Below are positions 1-9,233 of a DNA stretch of 49,193 bases, piece by piece. Under the pieces are notes generated by a model. The model worked only from the letters and a program-made list of their open reading frames with translations. It was not told where the DNA came from and did not search any database. The DNA comes from a virus. Lineage: Duplodnaviria; Caudoviricetes. Location: the IMG/VR virus record IMGVR_UViG_3300037308_000057, positions 1-49,193 of that record, one strand, 5' to 3'. The position numbers and the translations under genes are program-made. Each line of letters starts with the position of its first letter. Position 1 is the first letter of the stretch.

Positions 1-2
1 GT

Positions 3-248
3 GGTTATCATGAGGTCGAGGTACAGTTTCAAGGACACACTTCACTCATCGTTCTATGCCACTATCCACTTCAATCCTGGAACAAAGACCGTTATGGTTC
101 CTTCCACTTCCATGGTCATTGTCACGGGAATCAAGTTCGAGTTCCGTTAAAAAACATGCAGGACATTGGAGTCGATCTAAGTCCTAATCATGCGCCGTGG
201 GGTAAGGATGAGATACTCACTAAGCTCACGATAGAAGCAAATGCCTAA
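3..248 (+). CDS. Calcineurin-like metallophosphoesterase, C-terminal part (5' end outside window)
   Basis: Frame 3 translated by hand: LCHYPLQSWNKDRYGSFHFHGHCHG...DIGVD, typical phage phosphoesterase C-terminal motifs; TAA at 246-248. Confidence 0.75.
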   Translation, partial: GYHEVEVQFQGHTSLIVLCHYPLQSWNKDRYGSFHFHGHCHGNQVRVPLKNMQDIGVDLSPNHAPWGKDEILTKLTIEANA

Positions 249-521
249 TGGAATTTCGTATCTCACTCGTTGAAGATAACGGCTATAAAACCCTGGCTGA
301 TGGCTGTCACGAGATTTGCTATCAGACCGGGGCTTGTTTTGAATGAGTTTATCCCGAAGTTGAGGGTTGTGCTATCGCAGTATTCTCATTCAGGAATGAT
401 AGACAAGAGACTTCTGCAACGAAGATGCTCGTGGAGTTGAGCAAGTGTCACCCCGCTCAGCTTGCATCGCTTGTTACACAACACAATGTAACATTTCCGA
501 GGAAACTATTTGAAAAAAAGC

Positions 522-550
522 TTGACTTCCAGTTTTTGGTTTGCTATACT
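522..550 (+). promoter_or_regulatory. Sigma70-type early promoter P1
   Basis: TTGACT-N17-TATACT, TG extended -10, upstream A-tract; same layout recurs at 1398, 8610, 10938. Confidence 0.8.
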
Positions 551-591
551 ATAGTCACAAAGTAAGCAAACCCAAGCAACGGTAGCACGTC

Positions 592-744
592 ATGACTATA
601 GCACGTTTTGACCTATTTGCCGACGTTGACGGGTCCATGACCATCGAACAGTATAAGTTTGGCGACTTCGTTAAGGCTGAGGACGAAAACAGCAATGCAG
701 TCCTCGAGAAATGGCAAATCACTTACCACAAGAGATATGTGTGA
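592..744 (+). CDS. Small hypothetical early protein (50 aa)
   Basis: ATG just after P1; MTIARFDLFADVDG...FGDFVKAED; its TGA overlaps the next ATG. Confidence 0.5.
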   Translation: MTIARFDLFADVDGSMTIEQYKFGDFVKAEDENSNAVLEKWQITYHKRYV

Positions 745-1073
745 TGCAGCAATTTACTCCCGAAACCATCTCAACGCTGTTTGACTTACCTGAAGAGACT
801 GCGATCAAAATTATGGTCGAGGATGAGATCTTCTCACTGCAAAGCCCTTATTGGCTGATTGCTTGCGAGGCTCCTGACTCCCATGTATACCTGTTCACGC
901 TTATCCAATGGGGCGTTAAGGAGTTCGCTTGCTGGCTTAGCAAGTATCCACAGGAGGACAAAGACTGCCAGGTTTTTGTGTCCTCTATCGACCGCGATAA
1001 GGGTTATCAATTAGTCGGGTTTACTGTAAGCCTCGGGACTACTCCTCCGCAAGTCATCTTCTACACGGAGTGA
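711..1073 (+). CDS. Hypothetical protein (start may be ATG 744)
   Basis: ORF track; coupled to neighbours. Confidence 0.55.
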   Translation: MANHLPQEICVMQQFTPETISTLFDLPEETAIKIMVEDEIFSLQSPYWLIACEAPDSHVYLFTLIQWGVKEFACWLSKYPQEDKDCQVFVSSIDRDKGYQLVGFTVSLGTTPPQVIFYTE

Positions 1074-1261
1074 ACATGAGCACACCAGCACCTATAGCCG
1101 TTAAAGTGAGCGATGGCTGGAAACCCGCATTTTGGGATCATTGGTATCGAGAGTATGTCATCGAAGTATGCTGGTGTCGTTCCACTAAGGAAGAGATTGA
1201 GGAAGACATTAGGGAAGGTCGAGTTTATGCCAATATGCCTTGTAAGTATGAGGGAAAGTGA
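1070..1261 (+). CDS. Hypothetical protein
   Basis: ORF track; start overlaps previous stop. Confidence 0.5.
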   Translation: MNMSTPAPIAVKVSDGWKPAFWDHWYREYVIEVCWCRSTKEEIEEDIREGRVYANMPCKYEGK

Positions 1262-1397
1262 TTTGGGTGCCCCATCTCGAATCAACTATTGATGCGATGC
1301 TAATCCTGACGCCACTGACCAGAAATTGATTGAAAGGCTCAAGCGAATCGAACGCAACGTTACGATTGAGCGTGAGCAAAGACCCAAAGAAAAAGAC

Positions 1398-1426
1398 TTA
1401 ACTTCTAGCTGGAAGTCGGTTCTACT
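1398..1426 (+). promoter_or_regulatory. Putative early promoter P2 (weaker match)
   Basis: AAAAAGAC-TTAACT-N17-TCTACT, same upstream context as P1/P3/P4; AGGAG SD before 1451. Confidence 0.5.
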
Positions 1427-1450
1427 GCAATATATCAACAGGAGATTGTT

Positions 1451-2593
1451 ATGCGCACCCTAGCTTCAATCCAAGTCGTTTCTCAGATCAATCCTCACCC
1501 TAACGCGGACGCTATCGAACTGGCTACTGTCCGTGGCTGGCAGGTTGTCGTAAAGAAGGGCGAATTCCAGCCTGGCGACTTCGCGGTATACTTCGAGATT
1601 GACTCTTACCTGCCAATCCGAGAAGAGTTTGAATTCTTGCGTAAGTCTTGCTTCCGCACCCACCCTGAACTGGGCGAGGGATTCCGTCTCCGCACCATTA
1701 AACTCCGTGGTGAGCTGTCTCAGGGACTGTTGTTGCCGATCAGCATTCTCGATCCGTTTAAAATTCACACAAACCAAAAAGTGCAATGCTTCGATTACCG
1801 CATTTGGGATCCGGTTATCGAGAAATGGTTGCAGCGCATTATTCCGCTCGAAGAAGGTGCAGACATAACCAAATTGCTCGGTGTACAGAAGTACGAGCCG
1901 TCAATTCCATCCCACCTCGCGGGTAATATCAAGGGTAACTTCCCGTCCTTTATCCGCAAGACTGATCAAGAGCGTGTCCAGAACTGCTGGCATCAAGTCA
2001 ATTCGTTAAATATTGAAGAGGGCTGGTTTATCGAAGAAAAGCTCGATGGATCGTCATGCACCGTATACATCCGCTTCTTGCAAGATGTTGCCGAGGGTTA
2101 CTACGAGATGGGTGTATGCAGTCGCAATCTTGAACTCAAGCTCGACGATAACGAAAATAACGCTTACATCCGTACGGTCACGCGAGATGGTTGGCTGACT
2201 GCTTTGCCACTGCTAAACAAGAACATCGCTATTCAAGCGGAGCTTTGTGGTCCAGGTATTCAGGGTAACAAGCTCAAACTCGATCAAACGGAGCTGTTTG
2301 TGTTTGACATCTGGTTAATCGATGAACAAAGACATGCCACTCGTGTAGAGCGCACAGAGATCGTATCCGACCTAATCAGGTTGGGTGCGAAGATAAAACA
2401 AGTACCGTATTTGGGCAATTCGCATCTTCCAAAGACACTAGAAGCTTGCTTGCTTATGGCAGAGGGTAAGAGCAAGATTAACCCCAAAGCAGAACGCGAG
2501 GGTATCGTGTTTAAGTCCTCCACTGTGATCGAAGGAGAAGTTCCTAGCTTTAAGGCAATTTCAAACCGATTCCTCCTGAAGTCGGAGGATTAA
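1451..2593 (+). CDS. RNA ligase, DRB0094/Rnl5-like family
   Basis: N-terminus LASIQ..I.PHPNADAIELATVRGWQVVV..YFEIDS; motif I EKLDGSS; EREGIVFK; FKAISNRFLLK. Confidence 0.9.
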   Translation: MRTLASIQVVSQINPHPNADAIELATVRGWQVVVKKGEFQPGDFAVYFEIDSYLPIREEFEFLRKSCFRTHPELGEGFRLRTIKLRGELSQGLLLPISILDPFKIHTNQKVQCFDYRIWDPVIEKWLQRIIPLEEGADITKLLGVQKYEPSIPSHLAGNIKGNFPSFIRKTDQERVQNCWHQVNSLNIEEGWFIEEKLDGSSCTVYIRFLQDVAEGYYEMGVCSRNLELKLDDNENNAYIRTVTRDGWLTALPLLNKNIAIQAELCGPGIQGNKLKLDQTELFVFDIWLIDEQRHATRVERTEIVSDLIRLGAKIKQVPYLGNSHLPKTLEACLLMAEGKSKINPKAEREGIVFKSSTVIEGEVPSFKAISNRFLLKSED

Positions 2594-2608
2594 AACAAGG
2601 AGACGCTC

Positions 2609-2884
2609 ATGTCCACAGAACCCAAAATCCTAACGGATATCGAAATGACGGCTTTTGTTATCCGCCACTCAAAAGGTGGAACTAAAGAGCACGATCAAAT
2701 CAGAGACGATTGGTTAGATTTTACTGAGCAAGCGTTCCACGCAAAAAATGGTGACGGTATAAAGTTCATAGCTTCAGTCAACCATTGGTTAAAGCAACGT
2801 AAAGTGCCCGTTCATGTCATCGACTTCAACCTTATGGACGAAGAGATTAATGGCACTGACTGGACCATTGAGGTAATTGAGTAG
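2609..2884 (+). CDS. Hypothetical protein
   Basis: ORF with AGGAG SD. Confidence 0.65.
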   Translation: MSTEPKILTDIEMTAFVIRHSKGGTKEHDQIRDDWLDFTEQAFHAKNGDGIKFIASVNHWLKQRKVPVHVIDFNLMDEEINGTDWTIEVIE

Positions 2885-2899
2885 AACAGGAGATAGATT

Positions 2900-3181
2900 A
2901 TGAGTAATAATGAACAGAAAGAGCAGTTGGTGGCGTGGATTGAAATTTGGCATCCGCTGTCAAATACGAGGATCAGTACGATCAAAGAGTCCTGTGGTAC
3001 GAAGGACGATGCTTTAGAGCAGTTCAACAATCTTCACAAGCTGATCAGTCAGTGGCAAACCGAGTATGAGGGTATCATCCTCGACACTGAAATTGGTATG
3101 CTGCGTTTGCCGAGCACGTTTATCGCAGAGTCGATTCTCCAAATTAAAGTAGGTTATGAGAAGATCGAGGAACAGGAATGA
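2900..3181 (+). CDS. Hypothetical protein
   Basis: ORF with AGGAG SD. Confidence 0.65.
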   Translation: MSNNEQKEQLVAWIEIWHPLSNTRISTIKESCGTKDDALEQFNNLHKLISQWQTEYEGIILDTEIGMLRLPSTFIAESILQIKVGYEKIEEQE

Positions 3182-3663
3182 TTATCCAAGGTTCAGATGT
3201 GAGGCAGTTTCTACCGCAGTTTTTAGAGCACTTTGAAGCCCTTACGTGTGATGATCGATATAACCGTTTCTTCCATACGATGTCACCTGAAGCAATCCGC
3301 GATTGGTTACTCAGTATCGAGGGACGCGGTAATGAAAAGCATCTCTTTATTGTTGTGATTGATGAGAGCGATGCCTATCTGCATGGTCGATTCGTGGGAA
3401 TAGCGCAAATCGCTATTCATACTGATACAATGGACGGGGATGTGGCGGTGAGTGTTATTCCTGAATTCCAAAAAAGGGGTATTGGCACTCAGATGCTTCA
3501 GGAGTCCATCCGCATGGCAAGAGAAGCGAAACTTCACTCCCTGCATTTTAACTGCGAGATGCAGAATCATAAATGCCGTGACTTGTATACTAAAATGGGA
3601 TTTATTTCTGCGTACAATCCTGCTGAATATTGTATATGCGGCACTTTGCAATTAGGAGAATGA
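3178..3663 (+). CDS. GNAT-family acetyltransferase
   Basis: Acetyl-CoA motif VSVIPEFQKRGIGTQML; N...LY.KMGF. Confidence 0.85.
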   Translation: MIIQGSDVRQFLPQFLEHFEALTCDDRYNRFFHTMSPEAIRDWLLSIEGRGNEKHLFIVVIDESDAYLHGRFVGIAQIAIHTDTMDGDVAVSVIPEFQKRGIGTQMLQESIRMAREAKLHSLHFNCEMQNHKCRDLYTKMGFISAYNPAEYCICGTLQLGE

Positions 3664-3664
3664 T

Positions 3665-3847
3665 ATGAAAGAGTTAATTATAGCCATCTTGCTTGCTGTT
3701 ATCATCCTATTCTTCGCACCCTATGTCGGTGTCTTCTTTGTGTATGTCATCCTGTTTGGTCTATTTGCAACTATCGGCATTATGACTGTTCGTTTAACCA
3801 TTCAGGGTGTAAAAATTCTCAGACGCAACATCAAACAAGCAGAATAA
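3665..3847 (+). CDS. Small membrane protein
   Basis: Long hydrophobic stretch followed by a basic tail. Confidence 0.6.
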   Translation: MKELIIAILLAVIILFFAPYVGVFFVYVILFGLFATIGIMTVRLTIQGVKILRRNIKQAE

Positions 3848-3859
3848 TTCGCAACACAT

Positions 3860-3890
3860 GACCCCAGAGATCGACTGTTCTTCTGGGGTC
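3860..3890 (+). terminator. Stem-loop, possible terminator or processing site
   Basis: GACCCCAGA...TCTGGGGTC inverted repeat between genes. Confidence 0.4.
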
Positions 3891-3912
3891 GCTGACTTTT
3901 GAGGTTATGCTT

Positions 3913-4801
3913 ATGACACTACAACAAGACGTGATTGCTGATTCACGTTATTCTAAGTATCTCGATTATGGGTTCGTTGGTCTGGTTGAAACAATGGGCG
4001 ACGATTCGACCATAGCTCAATCCGCTAGAGTGAGTTACGGTCGGCAACGATGATAATCGTACAGTAAAAGAGAATACTCAGCTCATTCGATACATGATGA
4101 GACACCGACACACTTCTCCTTTCGAGATGGTCGAATTGAGGTTCCACCTTAAGATTCCCATCTTCGTGATGAGACAGCACATCAGACATCGAACAGCCTC
4201 TGTAAATGAGTACTCAGGTCGATACAGCGTGATGAGCAATGAGTTCTATCTGCCAGAAACGATTAGGATGCAAGGGCAGTCCACAAACAACAAGCAGATG
4301 AGCAGCGGGCAACTTGATTGGAACGTTGCAAATGACATCGACACTATTCTACGAGATATCTATGCTCACGCCTATCACAGTTATACCACATGCCTTGAGA
4401 AAGGTTTGTCGAAAGAGATTGCTCGAATTCAACTGCCCGTCGCAAATTACACTGAACTCTATTGGAAGATTGATCTCCACAACTTTCTGCACTATGCTGG
4501 ACTTAGAGACGATCTTGATCATGCTCAGAATGAGATTGTTCAACTCGCTCAAATCATGTACAGTATGGTCAAAAAGGTAGTACCAATTACATGTCAAGCT
4601 TATGAGGATTATAGGAAGAATGCAATAACGTTTTCAGCTCTGGAATTGGAAGTTCTCGTTGAGCTATTTGATGAAGAGTTCTACAAAGAAGGAGCAGTAT
4701 ATGAGTTTCTGGAGGAGTGCCCATTCAGATTGCGTGGCAGGGAAGTAACAGAATTTAAACATAAAATACAATCGATCATAAGAGGTAGAAGCAATGACTG
4801 A
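3913..4801 (+). CDS. thyX: Flavin-dependent thymidylate synthase, with +1 shift at CGG 4042
   Basis: 5' frame LDYGFVGLVETMGDDSTIAQSARVSYG; skipping C4042 continues GNDD..LIRYMMRHRHTSPFE..RHRTASVNEYSGRY (ThyX motif). Confidence 0.9.
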
Positions 4802-5005
4802 TGTGATGCCTGTGCATCACATCATTCCAGTTCACGCTCGGGGGAGATAATTCTCCCGAGAATATTGCACTCTTGACTTATGATATCTAATCGTATAAGC
4901 CATAAAGGAACTATTTGGATCAATGATGGAACGAAGAACAAACACCATTCGAAAGGTCAACCAATCCCAGAAGGATTTAAACGAGGAAAAATTACCTATG
5001 AATGA
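4794..5005 (+). pseudogene. Degenerate HNH homing endonuclease remnant
   Basis: MTDVMPVHHIIPVHA-(skip C4839)-GGDNSPENIALLT, stop at 4888-4890, then C-terminal-type fragment KGTIWINDG...IPEGFKRG. Confidence 0.65.
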
Positions 5006-7329
5006 AACTAAAGAGCTTTCAAAATTTTCTCAGTATATTCATCTATCTCGTTACGCGAGATGGGACGATCAGAAAGCGCGAAGGGAGACATGGGAGGAGA
5101 CGGTACGGGCGATACACTGCGTTCTTTAAGAAAAGATCAAGCCTGTTCCCTGAGGACGAGATCAAAGAAGCCATCCTCACACTCAAGGTAATGCCTAGTA
5201 TGCGATGCTTGATGACAGCAGGAGCAGCGTTGGACAGAGACAACATCGCAGGGTACAACTGCTCCTACGTCGCAATCGATCATCCCAGAGCATTCGACGA
5301 GATCCTTTACATCCTGATGTGCGGTACAGGCGTGGGGTTTAGCGTGGAGAGGCAGTTCATTAACTCGCTCCCATTGATTAACGAAGATATGTATAGCGCA
5401 GAGACAATCATCCAAGTCCACGACAGTAGAATAGGATGGGCTACTGCATTCAGGCAGTTGATTGCTCTTCTGTACGCTGGACAGATTCCGCGTTGGGATC
5501 TAACAAAGCTCAGACCCAAAGGCGCAAGACTAAAGACATTTGGAGGTAGAGCCAGTGGTCCCGAGCCACTCAATCACCTCTTCCAGTTCTGTGTTGATGT
5601 GTTCAGGAAAGCAGCAGGCAGGAAACTCAACAGTCTCGAATGTCATGACATCGTTTGTAAGATTGCAGACATCGTGATTGTCGGTGGAGTGCGCCGCAGT
5701 GCGCTAATCTCTCTATCCAACCTATCGGACGATAGAATGCGAAACGCGAAGAATGGGCAGTGGTGGATCAGTAGCCCGCAAAGGGCACTGGCGAACAATT
5801 CAGTAGCCTACACCGAAAAACCAGAGATTGAGATCTTTCTGAAAGAGTGGCTTACTCTGATCGAAAGCAAGAGTGGTGAGCGTGGCATCTTCAATCGAGT
5901 GAGCGCAATCAAGAAGATTGCATCCACTGGTCGAAGGAAGGTTGACGGGTATCAATTCGGAACCAATCCTTGCGGTGAGATTTTGCTTAGATCAGCAGGG
6001 CTCTGCAATCTAAGCGAGGTGGTTATTAGACCTGAAGACACACTCGATGATCTCTTAAATAAAGTTAGGCTGGCGACGATTATTGGAACATTCCAAAGCA
6101 CACTTACTGATTTTCGTTATCTTAGAAGCCTATGGAAGAAGAACTCCGAGGAAGAGCACTTGCTAGGCGTGAGTATGACGGGGATCATGGATCACCCTGT
6201 TTTGAGCCAGGTTGGGGAAGAGGCCGCAGAGTGGCTGAGAACGCTTAGGGCCTACAGCGTGGACGTGAACATCGAATGGGCAGCCAGGCTGGGCATAGAA
6301 CCCAGCGCCGCTGTCACATGCGTCAAGCCTTCAGGAACGGTAGCAGAGTTAGTCGGGACATCGTCAGGCATTCATCCTCGCTTTGCGAAATACTATGTCA
6401 GAGCAGTAAGGAATGATTCAAAAGACCCATTGGCTCGTCTAATGGTAGACGCTGGCGTGCCTTATGAGCCTGATCAGACAAATCCAAGCAACATCCTAGT
6501 GTTCAGTTTCCCTAAGAAGAGTCCAAATACCAGCGTGATGAGAAATCATATTACAGCCGTGGAACAACTAGAGCATTATAGAATGGTTAGGCAGAACTGG
6601 TGTGAACACAACCCTTCTTGTTTTTCTGGTTCTGAAAGATTTATAACAATTAATGGACTAATGTTATTCTCTGATGCGGTTAATACGAAACAGATGGTTT
6701 TAACTCCTAATGGCTTTAAAGAAGCCACTATCCATTCTTTTGGAAGGCAGAAAATTTGGGAAATTGAACTTTTAAATCACAAGAAGAGAAAAGTGATTAG
6801 AACAACAGAGAACCATCTTTTTCCAGTAGCATATCCGCATCAAAGAGAGGCTAATTACAACACAAAGTTTATTGAAACTAAAAATCTTCCAATTGGAAAA
6901 CAACTCGTCACCGTTGTTCCTCAAAATGAACCAAAAGCAACTCCGTTTTGGACTATTGAAGCCGTGAGAGAGACTGATCGCTATGAAGAAGTTTTTTGCG
7001 CTATAGAGCCAGAAACTCACCAGTTTGTCCTGGAAGGAAATATCTTAACTCACAATTGCACTATCTACGTTAAGCCTGATGAGTGGTTAGAGGTAGGTAG
7101 CTGGATCTACAAGAACTGGGATGATGTGGGCGGAGTATCATTTTTGCCATTCTCGGATCACGTATACCAGCAAGCACCATTCCAAGAAATTAACGAGGAC
7201 GATTACAACAAGCTAGAGAACGAGTTCCCAGAGGTAGACTACCTGCAAATTTCTCAGTATGAGAAGGAAGACACTACAACATCTAGTCATGAATTGGCTT
7301 GCACGGGAAACTCTTGCTCATTTTCATAA
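4998..7329 (+). CDS. nrdJ: Class II (B12-dependent, monomeric-type) ribonucleotide reductase with mini-intein, +1 shift at CGG 5106
   Basis: SRYARW..RRETWEETV-(skip C5106)-GRY; MPSMR..AGYNCSY; GTGVGFSVE; NPCGEI; TCVKPSGT; C-terminal ACTGNSC. Confidence 0.88.
6619..7056 (+). mobile_element. Mini-intein (146 aa, no homing endonuclease)
   Basis: Begins CFSG, block B TTENH, ends ILTHN followed by +1 Cys; inserted in EHNPS|CTIYV; visibly more AT-rich than flanks. Confidence 0.9.
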
Positions 7330-7330
7330 T

Positions 7331-7338
7331 CATAAATA
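7331..7338 (+). promoter_or_regulatory. T4-type late promoter-like element before hsp20
   Basis: CATAAATA (7/8 match to TATAAATA), followed by a leader hairpin. Confidence 0.55.
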
Positions 7339-7399
7339 GTGACAGGAGTGCCGTTAGGGCTCCTGATCAATCCAACTCGCTCAATAGAGGAGAACTATT

Positions 7400-7837
7400 A
7401 TGAACGTATTAACCTCAATTACAGGAACACCACAGTTCCGTCAAATCGAAGACATGTTTAACGCTTTAGTCAACGATGACAGACGCCTATTTGGTAGTGC
7501 CGATCCCTATCCACCATACAATTCTTGGTTCGAATCGAACGGAAATTGCAAGATTGAGATGGCCGTCGCAGGCTTTACTAAAGAAGAGTTGACTGTTGAT
7601 TTTGATGGCAAGGCTCTATCCGTTAAAGGTGAGAAATCTGCTGCCACATCCGATGACTTCGATGACAGTTCAAAAAGGACGTGGATAAAAAGAGGACTCA
7701 CTCGTAGAACTTTCGTTCGCAGATTTGAAGTGAGAGGAACCTTCCTACTTGACTCCGCAGTTCTGAAGAATGGAATTCTTACCATAACGCTCAAGGATGA
7801 CAACAAGAGGGTTAGTGCAACCATCCAGGAAGATTGA
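7400..7837 (+). CDS. hsp20: Small heat-shock protein (Hsp20/IbpA family)
   Basis: YPPYN..IEMAVAGF..L.V.G..RG...R.F.R.F..A.LKNGILTI. Confidence 0.92.
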   Translation: MNVLTSITGTPQFRQIEDMFNALVNDDRRLFGSADPYPPYNSWFESNGNCKIEMAVAGFTKEELTVDFDGKALSVKGEKSAATSDDFDDSSKRTWIKRGLTRRTFVRRFEVRGTFLLDSAVLKNGILTITLKDDNKRVSATIQED

Positions 7838-7852
7838 TCTAATCTTTCCATT

Positions 7853-7877
7853 AAGAGGGGCTTAAAAGCCCCTTTTT
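7853..7877 (+). terminator. Rho-independent terminator
   Basis: AAGAGGGGCTT-AA-AAGCCCCTTTTT. Confidence 0.8.
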
Positions 7878-7896
7878 CATATACGGCAGATAAAAT

Positions 7897-8565
7897 ATGA
7901 AAATTATATCTGATTTTGATGATTATTATGATCACTTTCAAGAAGTTAACTCCAGTGAAACCCCATCTATAATCTACATGAGAAGGACTCATTGTTTAGA
8001 CTTATTCGTTTCGTTGAAAGTCCAAGAAGACTTAAATCTTGACCTAGATGGTATCCGCAGTATCTCGGATAAAGTTCTATACCCCACCTGGTCAATATCT
8101 CCTTTCATTATAGGAGCGAGTGGTCGATTCAATCGAGGGGTTAAGATTGTCCACAACGATCATGTGGACCACTCGTATACAATCACAGGAGCGTATCACA
8201 TCTCTAGGAGAATGGGTATCGACATTACTCCTGAGATAACTGGAATGATAGATAAGCATTTTGAAAATCCTATCTTCGATAAGCCGTGCATCTTTAAAAC
8301 GGTTGGGGCTCCAGTATTCATGATCACGTTTAACACTGTCGGTATTGCGAAGTTCATAGTCAATCCACGCCTTGCGGATTACTGCTATTTCAAAGCATGT
8401 AAGTCTGTTGAGATATACTCGAGGATAAAAGCATTCATCGACAACTTCCTAATCCCGTGCGATGCGGCTATGCCATATGCTAGGGTAACTCGTCGAACGC
8501 CACGTATCCTCGGGCTCAAAGCTTCGGGGTGGTCGTTACATGATGGGCTACCCAAAGGCTACTAG
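7897..8565 (+). CDS. Hypothetical phage protein
   Basis: 222-aa ORF starting MKIISDFDDYYD. Confidence 0.7.
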   Translation: MKIISDFDDYYDHFQEVNSSETPSIIYMRRTHCLDLFVSLKVQEDLNLDLDGIRSISDKVLYPTWSISPFIIGASGRFNRGVKIVHNDHVDHSYTITGAYHISRRMGIDITPEITGMIDKHFENPIFDKPCIFKTVGAPVFMITFNTVGIAKFIVNPRLADYCYFKACKSVEIYSRIKAFIDNFLIPCDAAMPYARVTRRTPRILGLKASGWSLHDGLPKGY

Positions 8566-8609
8566 TGTCACATTTTCCGAGGAAAAATTTTCCAAAAATT
8601 GAAAAAAGC

Positions 8610-8637
8610 TTAACTTCCTGGAAATTTATGCTATACT
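8610..8637 (+). promoter_or_regulatory. Sigma70-type early promoter P3
   Basis: TTAACT-N16-TATACT, TG extended -10, A-tract, TTTCCGAGGAAA upstream as at P1. Confidence 0.75.
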
Positions 8638-8833
8638 ACAAACAAGCAGGAGTAAGTAATTGTCACGTTACACTTAAACCAAGAGAAGTTGGTGATGATG
8701 TTGAGGTTCCCAGAATTGAACTGTGGGACGATGAGACCTAGGATTGGGTAAAGTCAGTTAACTACCTGAGAACTTTTGAGTGTTGGGGTGTAAGCGATTC
8801 CGTAATACCTAGGCTAAAGTGTGGAGTCAAGAA

Positions 8834-8983
8834 ATGAGGTCGAGTGTTAAACGCGAAGTTCGCACCCCCAAGTACCGCATGAAGGTAGTAAAAACCCGTA
8901 AAGGGAAAGGGTCCTACAAGCGCACCCACTTACGGAATGAGGAGAGTAGAGATGGAAGACTGTTTTTATCGTCAGAGAGATAA
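8834..8983 (+). CDS. arfA: ArfA-like alternative ribosome-rescue factor (49 aa, not in ORF track)
   Basis: GGAG SD; MRSSVKREVRTPKYRMKVVKTRKGKGSYKRTHL contains the ArfA hallmark KGKGSY.R..H. Confidence 0.75.
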   Translation: MRSSVKREVRTPKYRMKVVKTRKGKGSYKRTHLRNEESRDGRLFLSSER

Positions 8984-9233
8984 CCTTACAATGAACGTGC
9001 AAACTCTCCACCCATCCTAGCGCCGTCTGAAGGGTACTGTTCTGACGTATTACCAACAACGGACGACTCAGAAAGTCAAACAAGTGAGTAAAACGAAATG
9101 ATAGCAACTCCTAGTTTCCCGAGTTCCTGAAGCATTCTATCGACACACAATTGGCTGTCCTGTATGAAATAGATAGTGCATTTTTATTGGTGAGATCTAA
9201 CAAGTTATCGCTATCCTATAATGAGGCAACGCA

